NCBI GenBank assembly: GCA_028534125.1
Contig: CM052818.1
Coordinates: 44,084,001-44,148,000, forward strand
Reading direction: 5' to 3'
DNA: 64,000 bases
Source of the DNA: Lama glama
Lineage: Eukaryota
A program made the translations under genes and the position numbers. This document shows, one piece after another, positions 1 through 12,835 of the stretch. Under the pieces are notes generated by a model. That model saw only the letters and a list, made by a program, of their open reading frames with translations. It searched no databases and was not told where the DNA came from. Numbering within the stretch: position 1 is the stretch's first letter; each line of letters starts with the position of its first letter.

Positions 1-1793
1 CCTCCACCTCCGGTCACCGCCACCACCCCACCCCACCCCCCGCCCAGGGCGCACTGAAATGAACGATGTCTGCGTCCCCAGCTCATCCGTAGGAAGTTGA
101 GTAACTTAGATAAACAGCAGATGCATTAAAGGGCAGCGTGAATGGATGAAGGCAGTTGGGGAAAATTCCTTTGAGGCAAAACACTGACAAATTTAGGAGC
201 TCCCTTAAACTGCTATTCCCTTAAAGAATATTGATGGATATTAGGCCATCGTCATGTTAACCTCAATGAATGTGATTTTTCAGTAAGGTTTTTGCGGTCT
301 GTTTTTGTCTTTTTGCAGTGTCGTACTTTTGGACCTGAGTCCAGAGAAACGGTTTTGTTCCTTTCTGCTCGGAGTCGTTGGAATGGAACATCAGGATGGT
401 TATCAGGAGAGGCTATTTTTGAGTCAAATATTCCTTTTGAGCTATGCTCAAATTGGAAAGTCTATTTAAGATGGGAAATTTGCCCTGGAGATGTGTGTGT
501 GTGTGCATGTCTGTGTTCAAAGAAGAATCTGGGGTCATCTGTCTTTGATATTTAAAAGTATCTTTCAAATATTTTCCCAGGCCTTTCCTACCATCCTTTA
601 TCAGCAGTGACTCCTATCCTTTGTTTTATGGTCCAAGAAGAGACATAATATAAATCAGAAGCTGCATTTCATGTTGTTTTAAATTTTATACAACATCTTG
701 GGGAAAGGCTTCAAGCAGCTTGTCTGGCTCAGTTTTTTGGTTGTTTTTTTTTTTTTCTTTTGAAAGCATTCTCCCTCATTCTTTCTTACTCTCCCTCTCT
801 CTCACGTTAATGAAAGGCCCTGGGTTTGATGCTATTATAGGAGGAAGAATCAGACCAACCTCTCAGAGCTGTAACACTGTCTGCCAGTTGCGAGAGCTAT
901 CTCTGCCTTAAGTGAGATACATTGTAGCAATCAGTTCAGAGTGTGGACCTTATCTGCCTGGAAGTCTTTGAGCTCTTTCTCAGGGGAGCCACATGGTCAA
1001 AAGCATTTTCATAATAATCTGAGCACGTGATTTGTCATTTTCACTGTGTTAATATTTCAACTGATGGTGTAAAGGCAACTGTGGGTAAAAGTGCAGATTC
1101 CTCCATGTGAATCAAGGAAGTGGCGCCCAGCTGAAGCTGCAGTCATCATTCTTCATCATCACACATTCTCGATAAAACAAAGCAGGTGGACAAACAACCG
1201 GAAAAAAAAAATACCAACTTCATCTGCAAATGTCCTTGATAAAGCAATGAAAATTCTTAATTAAATCCCACTCTTTGAGTCCCCATCTTCTTAACCTGCT
1301 GTGTGGTGAAATGAGAGGCACTCATGCTGGTGGGTGTGGGTTCTCTCGAGGAAAACACACATGTATCTGAGTTGCCAGCTAAACTTGCTGCTGTTTGCAC
1401 TGAAGGCCAATTTCACTTGAAAGAACAACTGACAGACACACAATGGTTTTTTTTTCCAGATTTGGATATTTGAAAGACATTTTCTCAAATTTAAGCTAAG
1501 TAAGCCTGTCCCTTCAAAGGACCCAAATAGCATTAATGGTTCCAAGGATACAATTCAAGCTTTTAAGCAGAAATTCAAGTGGAAATCAAAGGTTAGAAAA
1601 CTTGTATCTGCTACCATGAGCTTGACTTTCGCTTAAAGCATGTGACGAAATCGAGCTTCAGATAGCTATTTAGTTGGAGAAGGGCAGATTTTAATAGCCT
1701 TTTTAGATAATTGGATAATTCAGATAATAATTTAAGAGATACTAATTATTCCCCTTTGATACTACACTAAAACTTGATGTGTGGTTGTTTCTT

Positions 1794-2269
1794 TCTTTCT
1801 TTTTTTAAATTGGAGTAGAGTTGACTTACAACATTGTGTTTGTTTCTGGTGTACAACATGGTGATTCAGTTATACACGTACGTATAATCTTTTTCATATT
1901 CTTTTTCATTATAGGCTATTACTTGGTATTGAATATAGTTTCCTGTTCTACAAGTAGGACCTGGTTGTTTGTCTATTCTGTATATAGTAGTTTTTATCTG
2001 CTAATTTCAAACTCCTAATTTATCCCTCCCTCGCCCTCCTTTGTAACTGTACGTTTGTTTTCTATGTCTGTAAGTCTCTTTCTGTTTTGTAAATAAGTTC
2101 TTTTGTGTCATCATTTTTAGATTCTACACATAAGTGATATTATATGATATTTGTCTTTCACTGACTTACTTCATTTATTATAATAATCTCTGTCCATCCG
2201 TGTTGCTGCAGATGGCATTATTTCATTCTTTTTTTAAGCTGAGTAGAATTCCATTGGGTGCATACACGA

Positions 2270-2306
<37 letters not shown>

Positions 2307-2554
2307 CATATATGTATACCACAACTTGTTTGCTCAATTATCTATCAATGGACATTAGGTTGCCTCCATGTCTTGACTATTGTAAATAATGCTGCTATGA
2401 ACACTGAGGTGTTTGTATCTTTTTTAATTGGAGTTTTATCCAGATATACGCCCAGGAGTGGGATTGCTAGATCATATGGTGGGTCTATGTTTAGTTTTTT
2501 AAAGAATCTCCATACTGTTTTCCATAGTGGCTGCACCAAATTACATTCCCAACA
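1794..2554 (-). mobile_element. 5'-truncated L1 (ORF2 C-terminus plus 3'UTR)
   Basis: ORF 2345-2539(-) [31 protein letters not shown]...[15 protein letters not shown] is the typical L1 ORF2 C-terminus. T-rich tail at the left. 14-bp TSD tgtggttgtttctt (1780-1793) / tgtggtagtttctt (2555-2568). Confidence 0.95.
2273..2300. repeat. (TG)n microsatellite inside the L1
   Basis: Seen directly in the sequence. Confidence 0.95.
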
Positions 2555-3789
2555 TGTGGTAGTTTCTTAAACAGTCTTCATGATGTAGAATCTGAGACCA
2601 TACGATTCATTCTACTATGTTACTTCACGTACTTCAGTCAAAACAACACATTGAATCAGATTAAGGGCAAAAGCAGGTATGAAAACCTAGCCATCTTATA
2701 GTAAGCCAGACAGTAAAAAAAGATTCACAAAACTATAAAACAATAGCTCTCCACTCACTCAGTATCTTTATTTTAAAAATAGTTATTTTATTAAAATACG
2801 TTATTTATGTGAATAAGTAATTGATTTATGGTTATATTTGCATGAATTAATACATTTTTAACTTTCTCAGTTTTAATTTCTAAGATAAATATTAATAGAC
2901 ATAACTCATACAAACAGAAGCTCTTTGAGGTTCGTAATAAGTGTAAAGACATCGAAAAGTTTGAAAACCACTGCACTATAGCAATCTCCCAGCTTGGAAA
3001 AAAAATCTCCAAAAGCCATTATTAGCATGGAATGAATGGGTGAGATGGCCCAGTCCTATTACCTAATACCATTCAGCCCCGCTCCTGTGGTGACTCAGGG
3101 ATGTGTGGCTGGTAGGCAGGGGCTGAAACCTAAGGAACCAGTGGTCATGTGTCTACAGTCCGGTCCTAGATGGCCAAAGCCAGTGAGTGCGCCTCTGTCC
3201 TGTAAGCCCAGGGCCCCGTTATTAGGGCGTTGGACTGCATCCCTCGTCCACAGCATCAACCCAAACTCTCAGTGCAGGTAGCATGACATCTTCTACAAGA
3301 GACAGCTGCTCCCTGGAGCCCTGGGCTTAGAGATAAGAACATTAACCAACTGTATGACCAGGGAAGTCTGTCCCCCTCTCTGAGCCTCGGTGTCCTTATC
3401 CACAAAGACTCTGATGAGTGGACCAGACTCTCGCTAAGAGATTTTTCAAATTTTGACATTCTATAAGTCTCTTTGGAGGAATATTGGAAAGACAGTAAAA
3501 ATAACAAATGACTTCTTTCTGGTGCTTTTTCATAGTTGACAACTCCCTTCCCATCCATGTTTTCGCTTGGTGCCATTTTCATTATGAATACACTATAGCA
3601 ATTATGATGGAAGATTCTAGAGGGAAGTTGCTGGCACTGAGTCTTGTTTCACTAACCAGCTCTGTCAGCCTTGGGTAAATTATTCTATGCTTCATGGAAT
3701 TACTGAATTCATTCGATAAATTAAGGCGAGACATTTAGAATAGACTCTGGCCTATGCTATGTGATCAGCGACTTCTTATTAGCTCCTGA

Positions 3790-3965
3790 TTCATTGTGCT
3801 GTAATTGTATGTTCGCGTGACTGACTCCCTTCCTAGATTGGACTCCTTGCTGACTCGGACCACATCTGGTTCATCACTGTATGCTCAGCCTCTAAAGTAG
3901 TGCCTCAGACATAATCAGCATCCGTAATGGGTAAATGCTTCTTAAATGAATGACTGATTGACTGA
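3790..3965 (+). mobile_element. L2 3' end fragment
   Basis: gttcatcactgtatgctcagcc...agtagtgcctcagacata...aaatgaatgactga resembles the L2 3' terminus. Confidence 0.6.
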
Positions 3966-4059
3966 TGTCATAGTTTAGATCATTAGCCAGCAGATAATCA
4001 GTCCCAGACCTCTCCTCCTTTGGGCAGAGTATAATTTTTCCCATGATTTTGGGTGACCC

Positions 4060-4605
4060 ACTGGATTTCAGAGGCCACCAGTGGGCTTGTATCTATCTTT
4101 TGGCTTGTGTGGTGTGCTCTGATGGTGGTGGTGGCGGCGGCGGTGGTAAGCCATGAGAAGAACAGGCCCCAGGCAGCCACTGCCTCTTTAGCCTGAGCCC
4201 ACAATGAACCAGCCCTAACAGGCTTCCATCCACAGTCAAGAGGCACACCCAGGCAGCCACGCTCTCAAGCAGAGCTGTCTAACCAGCACTGCCCCTGGAA
4301 GCTCAGCAAGGTCTCTGGATAGGGACCATTTTTTTGGGGTGGGATGTGTGTGCCTGGGCTGTCAAAACAGTACGACACTGACTTAGTGTGACTCGAATTG
4401 TGAATCTAGTCAGGGCCCTGCACAAAATATTTGTCTGCCATCCATACACTCCAGGGTGACCGTGTCCCCACCGAGCCCGCCCTGAATCACCTACACTGAT
4501 AACGACCTGCAGACCTAAGAGCACAGGAACTGAGGTTTACTGATGAATGACTGCGATTTAGGCGTGGTTTAAAACAGCATTAACGTGGCAGTAGTGAACC
4601 GATAG
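4060..4605 (+). mobile_element. Old MaLR LTR fragments (MLT1J/K-like)
   Basis: gagaagaacaggccccaggcagccactgcc and gacctgcagacc...cagcattaacgtggcagtag resemble MLT1K. Highly diverged. Confidence 0.5.
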
Positions 4606-5518
4606 AAATGACCATGAGATCTACAGTACAGTAACTACCATTCTTCCCATCTTAAAAGGTGAGAAAATTACAGGTCAGTAGGGATGTCATCTAGAGTGTA
4701 TTTGCCTGGAAATAACAGAAAACACAGCTCCAACTGTTATAAATGACAGTGCGGCTGAAAAGGGAGAAGTAAGTGGGGCTTCTGGGGGCGGTGGATCTGG
4801 TGGTTCCAGGTGGTCACCAAGGACCTCGCTTCTTCCTATCTGTGTATTCACATTGCTTTTCACCATGACAGCTTCACGTGAACATGACGTCATTCATGCT
4901 TTCAGGAAGGCGGGTAGCGGCACCAGCCAAAGCTATGTGCTACCTTGTGCATCTGCAGAAACAGGGAGCTACCTCCCCCCGAATCCCCACACAGGCCTCA
5001 AGAGTCACTCTGATAGACCCCCTTGGTAACATCTGGCCTTGAACTAATCACTATTCCTTTCTCAGTTCTCTCGTCTGCTTTTTGTTATCACCCATTCATA
5101 CTTACTGAGAGCCTTCTCCGCCAGGTGCTGTGTGGTGGGGATTCTGCGTTGAATGAAGTCAGCACATCCGCTGCCCACACTGAATTTACATGCTCTGTCC
5201 TGTGTATAAGAATAAGACAAATAGATTAGGTAGATTGGCAGGTAGATAACTATACAGGCAGAAACATAACCGTGACCGTCATTTGTGGAGAACAGCACCA
5301 GGCATTACATCAAATGTTTTTAACTTGCATTTAAGTTCAACCCTCGAGACATTTTCTAAGGATTATCATCCACACGTTAGCATGAAGGAAAAGTGGACCA
5401 GCAAGGGTCAACGATTTGCTCAGATTACACAGCGAGTCAGTATGGGAGGATAAATTTGTGATCTTTTCTTTTTTTTTTTTTCTTCTCTTTGCTCTGTGCA
5501 CTGCCTCCCATACAAGGA

Positions 5519-5862
5519 CAGTTGGCCCTCAACATCTGCAGGTTTCTCATCCTCAGATTCAACTGACCATGTTTGGCAACTATTTCGTTTAAATGCCAGA
5601 AAGTTCTCCAAAAACGAAACTTAAATTTTTCATGTGCTGGTAACTATTTATGTAGCATTTACAACTATTTCCATAACATTTGCATTGTATTAGTTATCGT
5701 AAGTAATCTAGAGATGATTGAAAGTGAACAGGGGGATGTGCATAGATTATATGCAAATATTATGCCATTTTATACTGAAATGGACTCGAGCATCTGTGGA
5801 TTTTGGTATCCGCAAGGGTCCAGTCCTGGAACCGATCCCACTCAGATACCAAGGGCAGACTG
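5519..5862 (+). mobile_element. Tigger3a-like non-autonomous TcMar-Tigger element
   Basis: Inverted termini cagttggccctcaacatc / gataccaagggcagactg. Internal taagtaatctagagatgatt...tatgcaaatattatgccattttat. Length 344 bp. Confidence 0.85.
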
Positions 5863-7619
5863 GAGTCTGGTCCTCTTCGGATGAAATGCAGTTCACATAC
5901 CAAATGTTTGCCAACATAGAATAAACTAACCTTTTATTAATTTCATTGTGGGGATTTAGTTAAACCCTTTAGTATACTTGGGATAAATACAATATGCTTA
6001 GAATCTCATATACTAATCAGTTTTCTACAAGTAAACAGTTGTCCATGTCCACAGATGCCACACATGTTTCTGGCTAATACTCTTACCTGGCTGATTTTAG
6101 ACCCTTTCCGTAGAATGTGGTGGTGATCCTCAACATTTTGACTTATTAGTTACCCTCTTTTAACTCATTCAAAGATTAATCAATGTTTATTATAGAAAAT
6201 TTGAAAAAAAGCCCCCAAATCATTCATAATCCAACAACCCATAAGCAACAACTGTGGGCTTAGTTTTTGCTAGTTTTTTTTTCCTTTATACCTTATTTTC
6301 ACAAAAATAAGATTATATTATATATCTATAATCTTATATTTGCTCTTTCTACTCATTGTTATATCTCACATTTCATATGTTTTTACAACAGCTTTGTTAA
6401 CCTTCTTTTCTATGTCGTAATTCTAGTGTATAAAATACACCATCATTTTATTAGTTGCTTTTTCACTGTCGGATGTTTAGATTGGACAATTAATAAATCT
6501 ATTTTAAGTTCTTCCTATGAAGACATAAAGCATTTCTATTTATTTATTCACTTACAATTTAATTTTGCAATGGGAAATTACGTTGAGACATGCCTAGATT
6601 TTTCGCAGTCTACAGGTTTAAATCTGAAACCATCAGCTTCTTTCGGGGAAAAAAAAAAATCATTGTTTCTCCCATGCCTCCTCACTTGCAAAGCTAAGGA
6701 CTCCTTATTTTCCAGGTTGGTCTAGCTCAGAAGTACCCAGCCAGCCTGACTCCCTGTTCCTTGGGAATTCATATCTAATCAGCCTACAAGGCCGCTCGGC
6801 CCTTTCCTCAGGGTACAGTGACATGGCATTCGAATCTTTCCCCCATTTTCAGAGTAAATATCCAAAGTCAAACTCCTTTATCTCAAGTTTTCTTTGCTTA
6901 AAAGCCAGAGTCATAACTCAAATAATTCTATATTTGTAGGTAGTAAGTTCTTGATGAAAATCGGATAAATGAATATTGAATAAGCAAATAATCACTTTTA
7001 CTTTTATTGACTTTAAACATGAATATTATCCCATTCCTCCTCTAAAAGTGTGGTGAATTCAAAATGAATTGATAATAAAAACAGCAGCCAATTAAGATCT
7101 ACCATGTGCCAAGCACTTTCCTAATGTTGTACAGTTTTCCTTTAACTGCTTCATACACAAAGATCAGCCTTTCGTTTCATAGAAGTGAACAGAGAAGGAT
7201 AGTATGATTTGCCCTGAATCTCGCAAAATACTATGGGGGCTGGATTTTTGACTTCGGTTACCTGCCTAGGAATAGCTTCTATCACAGTGCCTAGCCTGAT
7301 ACATGCTGGTTAGATTAAGTCACAAAGGATGGAGCCTACAAAGTGAGCCCCAGTCATTTCATGGTTATCTGCTTTTGTTCCCATTTGGGAGCTAAGAAAT
7401 GTTTATTGACAGTGAAGGTTGGGAAGCTAAGAGGTTCAAGAAAAAGGAAAATATGTTTTTCTAATGTTCTGTGAAAATATTTCCCAATAGCGTATTATCA
7501 TAGTTTTATCCTTTGGCATTATCCTGAAAGCCTCAGCTTTTAGAGGGGAATATTTGCCTGGGTCGTAGTAGAGTTCATGGTCTCCAGTCTCTGGAATGGG
7601 ACTGAGAGGGGCAGCACCA

Positions 7620-7835
7620 TATTTAAGAGTTACAGGCATTGGTTTCAAGATATGTAACCTCAACTCGCATCAGTGAGACTTACTTTGTGGCACTGGGCAA
7701 GTTGTTTGACCTCCTGAAGATTTAGTTTCCTCAGAGTTGAAACAATAGTGCCTATGTCTACCTAATGGATTGTGATTTGAGAAGAATTAAGGAACAATAA
7801 CTGGAAAATCACTATTACCGTGCCTGGAATATGCA
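7620..7835 (+). mobile_element. MIR SINE
   Basis: Core ctgggcaagttgtttgacctcctgaagatttagtttcctc and 3' gtgcctggaatat. Confidence 0.7.
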
Positions 7836-9469
7836 ACATACTGTTATGTTAATTGTGACAGCCCCAGTGACCTCCTGCTTATTCAGCAGTTATCCCTGAT
7901 GGTGCAAGCTGTCAGCCACTGAGTGGTACACACTAGCTATTCATTGCATAATTAAATACATTATAGCAAAGGAAGAGTTTATAAGTAGAAGGAATAGACG
8001 TGCCAGGACATGAGGCTAAAAAGCAGTGGAGAATTGCAAGTAATTTGTTATCTTTCAACCCTCTGTCATGAACATAGTAATGGCCTTTAATGGTTTTTGC
8101 ATTAAGTTAAATTTTTAATAAAGGTATCTCACTATATATATATATATATTGCAAACATAGGTGTTTACATACCCAATACCATAAACTTTGCCACTTCTGC
8201 TCCAATCAATGGCCATTCACACTTCCTCTTTTGCTTTTAAAATATGTTTTAGAAGACATTAATCACCTGTTGTTTATAATTAAACAAAAAAGAATAGAGA
8301 TTCTTGATATCTGCTTCATATTGGGCAATAGGGTAGTCTATCTCTCTAGAAGACTCCTTTTTGTATAAAATAAACCAAACTCAGGAGAAAAACAGAGTGA
8401 AAAATAATTCTTGGATAGATGGCTGGGCCAGCAAAACAAAGAAAAAGTGCAGACATTAGGAGAAGCTCAAAATCAGAAAGGTTAGAAATCTTTAGAGCTG
8501 ATATTTACCCTGGCAGTGTTTCCCAACCACTGGTGAGCTAATGCTTGGGTTTCAGTGGCCACAAACGTGCATAAAGACAGGAGAACAAAGCTTGAGCCTG
8601 AGCACAAACAGAACCCCCCAAAGCTAATACTCTTAAGAGATGAAGCTGTAAGCAAATCCCCCACAGCCAACCAATAAAGAGAAGCTTAGAAATAATCAGC
8701 AGGTCCCTCTTGAGTCCTGGATGAGGGGAAAAAAAAAATCCTCATGTATTCCCTGAACTACACGCTAAGACTCACAAGGGCTTGGGATCAGTCAGTCTAC
8801 ACAAAAGTCACACCAGCTGTGTGGTTCTCAAGGCCCTGGAAAGCCTTCAAGTAGCTTCCACGCCAAGGTCCTGGGTCAGAAGAAGAGGCCCTTAACTGTC
8901 TTATCTGGAAGGTGATATATATCTCTTCTGCCATTTTCTATTGGCCTAAAGTAATCACTTGGCCCCATAATACCTGCAAAAGAAGCTTAGGAATATAGGA
9001 TGAGAATTAGAATGTTTGGTGAATACCATTTTTGCCACATGATCTAAAATCCTTGTATTTTAGAAATAGTGAATTAAATTTGGACATTTAAAAATTCAAT
9101 ATGAAAGGTCAGATTTCTAGGCTAACCACAAAAAGAAGGGATATGTGTATAATTTCAGTTAGTCAAAGGAAAGAAATAGAATGAAGAGAACATTTTAAAA
9201 CCTCAGTCAATTCAAAAGAAGTTAAGAAAAGAGAGAAAAAAGATACTGAGTTAAAGGGAGACGAAAGTCACAATACAAGATAGTAGAAAAAAAATCAAAC
9301 ATATAATTAATTTGATAAATATAAATAGGCTATACTCTCTAGTTTAAAGGCACAAATTCTGGTAAATTTTAGCAAACACTGAAGAAGAGCAAATTCCAAA
9401 TTCTTCTGGAGAATTGAAAATTAAAGAACTCACCAACTCGTTCAATAAAACTATTGTATCCTTGACACT

Positions 9470-10030
9470 TGCATTTGTTTTCTATTGCTGTATGACAAAT
9501 TATCACAAACTTAACTGCTTTAAAAATCAATTTATTAGCTCACAAGTCTGTAAATCAGTCAGTGCAGGCTCTGCTGTGTTTTATGTTCAGGGTATCACAA
9601 TGCTGAAATCAAGATGCAGGCTGGTCCGAGTCCTCATCTGGAGGCTCTAAGAAAAATCCACCTTTAAGATCATTCAGGTTGTTGGTAGATTTCAATTTCC
9701 ATAGGTTGTAGAATGAGGTCCCAATTTCCTTGCTGGTTGTTGTCTGAGAGTCTCTTTCTGTCAGGTCCTCAAGGCCACCTGCATTCTTTTCACAAGTCTT
9801 CAAGCATGCAATGATGAGCAAAATGCCCCTTGTGCTTCCAATGTCTCTGACTTTTTCTTCTACATTCAGCTATAGAAAACTCTCTGCTTTTAAAGGGGCT
9901 CATGCAATTAGATTAGAACCACTTGGATAACCTTATTTTAAAATTAGCCATGACAAAAACCCATGGAATAATCATAGAAGTGATATCTCATACAGGTTCC
10001 AGGATTAGGGAATGGTATTCTAGGGACACG
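9470..10030 (-). mobile_element. MaLR solo LTR (MLT1E-like)
   Basis: tgcatttgttttctattgctgtatgacaaattatcacaaactt...ctcatctggaggctct...attcaggttgttggtagatttcaatttcc. Confidence 0.75.
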
Positions 10031-10959
10031 AAACACCTAACATGTATACAACCGGAGTCTCCAAAGGACAAAGTGGGAGACTGAGAAGAACACATTTAAA
10101 GAAATAATGACTGAAAACTTTCTAAGTTTGAAAGAAATAAAACAAAACAAAATAAAAAAACAACTCTGCTGCAGAGATTCCATAATTTCAATAAACCTCT
10201 AGCACAACAAAAGTAAAAAAAAAAAAAAAGAATGAAACTTACACATGTTTTAGTCAACCTCTGAAAACCAACCATATGACAGCAATCAAAGGAGGGTGTT
10301 AATGGTACCATACTGTTTTAACATTATACATTTGGGAAATGTGTGCATTAAAAAGTTGGAAGTTGGAAGTGTCAGGTATGAAGTGCAGAGTACAGAGAAA
10401 TAACAGTATTGACTGTAACTAAAGTAAATTTAAGGATATATATTGCTGGACTCAGAATAATTATTGTAAAACAAATAGCTAAATAATTAAAAATACATAC
10501 CTTAAAGTCTACATAGAAAACAAAATATAGTACTAAGGAATATTTGACTAAGCTGAAAGAAGGCAGGAAGGAAACAAGTAGAAGGAGCAAATAGAAAGAA
10601 AATGACAAGATGGTAGACTACAACCCAATAATAATGGTTACATTACATGTAAGTGGTTCATAAACCATGAGGCATATTGTGGGGATTCAGACCTAATGTG
10701 GGTACTGTCTTATTATAAGCAAATCTGACAGACTCTCAAGAGATCAGAAGGAAATGTCATCTAGCAATTGCTGGGAGCAGATTTGAACTTATTGATGTAT
10801 TTATTCATTCATTTATTCAATTGACATAATGAGTCTTGGTATGTGAAGTGCCCTTTGCTGTCCTGTGAGAGATAATATTAACTATATAATGCAATTAACA
10901 GTTATTAATTTCTTAATCCCTAACAGCTGAATTCTACCAAATATTTAAATACAAAATTC

Positions 10960-11180
10960 AGCATATTGACTATAGTTAGTAATACTGTATTATATACCGA
11001 AAATTTGCTAAGAGAACAGATTTCAGGTGCTCTCACCAGACACACAAACACAAAATGGTAACTTTGTGAGGAGATGGATATGGTAATTAGCTTAACTGCA
11101 GTGTCATTTTACTAGTGTATGTATATCAAAATATTATGTAGCACTCCTTGAACATAAGCATTTTTTATTAAAATAAATAA
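10960..11180 (+). mobile_element. L1MA-type 3'UTR end
   Basis: tatagttagtaatactgtattatataccgaaaatttgctaagaga...atggtaactttgtgaggagatggatatg, followed by an A-rich tail. Confidence 0.8.
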
Positions 11181-12063
11181 ATGTTATTGGTAATCATCTC
11201 TAATATATATATTAAATTATACACATTGCATACTTAAAAATCACAATGTACAATCTAAATATATAAAATTTTATCTGTTAATCATACCTCAATAAAGCCA
11301 AAAAAGAAATAAGTAAATAGAACAGTAAATAAATAGCATGAGATGTAAAAACTAATAATAATAAAATAAAGAAAAAGTAACAATTCTACATAACCTCTTT
11401 CAGCAAATAGAAAAAGAAGGAACACTTCTCAATTAATAAGACCAACATTGCCTTGCTATCAGAAATATAAATGCAATACTAGAGAAGAGGACTACAAACC
11501 AATGTTCTTCAAGATTATGAATGCATAAAAATCATTTTAAAACTCAGTAAAACAAATTTAACTATATGTGTGTGTGTGTATGTGTGTGTGTGATATACCA
11601 CAACTGATTAAGATTCATCCTTGGAATTTAAGGCTGGATTACTATTTCAAAATCAAACAAAGTAAGCCACCATATTAATAATATAAAAAAGAAAAGTACA
11701 TGATTGTATTATTTGATGCAGAAAAATAATTGGAGAAAATTTAACACACATTCATGTAAAAACTCTTAGCAATCTAGAAGGAAACTTTCTGAATCTGATA
11801 AAAGGCATCCAAAATAGTCTGTACTTTTCTACATATCACAAAATGATGATTAAAAAAATCAAAGAAAATCTAAACAACCAGAGAGATATACAATGTTCAT
11901 GGATAGCAATTCTCAACATAGTAAAAATGTCAATTTTTCTCAAACTGATATCCAGATTGAATGCAATACCAATCAGAATCAAAATCCCAACAAAATTCTA
12001 AATTAATGTGGAAATGCAAAGAAACTAATCAAAACAATTTTGAAAAAGAATGAAGTTGAAGTT

Positions 12064-12477
12064 TGCATTAGTTTATTCTAGCTACCATAATAAAATAGCT
12101 GGTTGACAGAAGAAAAATGTATTTCTCACAGTTCTGAAGGCTGGAAAGTCCAAGATCAAGATGCTGATCAGTGCAGTTCTGGGTGAGAGCTCTCTTCCTG
12201 GTTTGCAGACAATTGCCTTCTGGATATATCCTCATGTGGCTTTTCCTTGATGTATGGGTGCTCCATGTGTCTCTTCCTCTTCTTATAAAGTCATAGGTCC
12301 TAAAAACCTCACTCTTACAAGCTTATTTGACTTTTATCACTTAAAGATCCCATCTTTATAAGCTCATTTAAATTTTATCATCTCCTTACTGGCTCTGTCT
12401 CCAAGTAGATTCATATTGAGGGCTGGGGCTTCTACACATGATTTTGGCAGGGGGACACAATTATTTAATCCATAACA
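12064..12477 (-). mobile_element. MaLR solo LTR (MLT1A-like)
   Basis: TG...CA ends. tatttctcacagttctgaaggctggaaagtccaagatcaag; ggtgagagctctcttcctggtttgcagac. Confidence 0.85.
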
Positions 12478-12479
12478 GG

Positions 12480-12835
12480 GGATTATAGGAATTAAGAAGG
12501 AACACAGGTTGATAGGGACAACCTGGATGAATCTTGAAGGCATTATGCTGCATGAAAGAAGCCAGTCTCCAAAGGTCATATATTATATGATTCCATTTAT
12601 ATGAAACTTTCTCAAAAAGACAAATCTGAATGGAGAGCAGATCAGTTGTTGCCAGGGTTTAAGAATAGGGAAAGTTGTGTCTGCAAAAGAATAGCATGAA
12701 GGAGTTGGTTGAGATGACAGGGATGTTCTATATTCTGATTGTGGTGATGGTTACATGAAGCAATATCTGTGTTAAATCTCATGGAATACTACGCCAAACT
12801 TTTTTAAACTAATTTTACTCTAAGTAAAAAATAAT
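12480..12835 (+). mobile_element. L1MC/MD-type 3' region
   Basis: acaacctggatgaatcttgaaggcattatgctg...tatgattccatttatatga...tgattgtggtgatggttacatga. Confidence 0.75.

Larger units (their letters stand above)
928..2973 (+). mobile_element. hAT-Charlie DNA transposon fossil (Charlie1a-like), interrupted by an L1 at 1794-2554
   Basis: Resembles Charlie1 consensus as I recall it (ggtcaaaagcattttcataataat...actgatggtgtaaaggcaactgtgggtaaaa). The right end is aaaagtttgaaaaccactg. Possible 8-bp TSD cattgtag (920-927) / cactatag (2974-2981). The left boundary is approximate. Confidence 0.75.
9040..12060 (+). mobile_element. Mosaic of old L1M fragments (ORF1, spacer and ORF2 remnants), interrupted by an LTR and an L1MA 3' end
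   Basis: A-rich on the + strand with L1-like motifs (gaaataatgactgaaaactttc; gatgcagaaaaa...aaaatttaacac; atgttcatggatag; aatgtggaaatgcaaaga). No intact ORF. Confidence 0.7.

Noticed and set aside
2345..2539. Protein-like ORF
   Set aside because: It is the C-terminus of a truncated L1 ORF2, not a host gene.
4122..4152. (GGT/GGC)n followed by gtaag as a possible poly-Gly/Ala exon end
   Set aside because: It lies within a decayed MaLR LTR region, with no upstream acceptor or supported reading frame.
6267..6725. 152-aa hydrophobic ORF
   Set aside because: T-rich decayed sequence, probably antisense old L1, with a TTG start and no recognisable domain.
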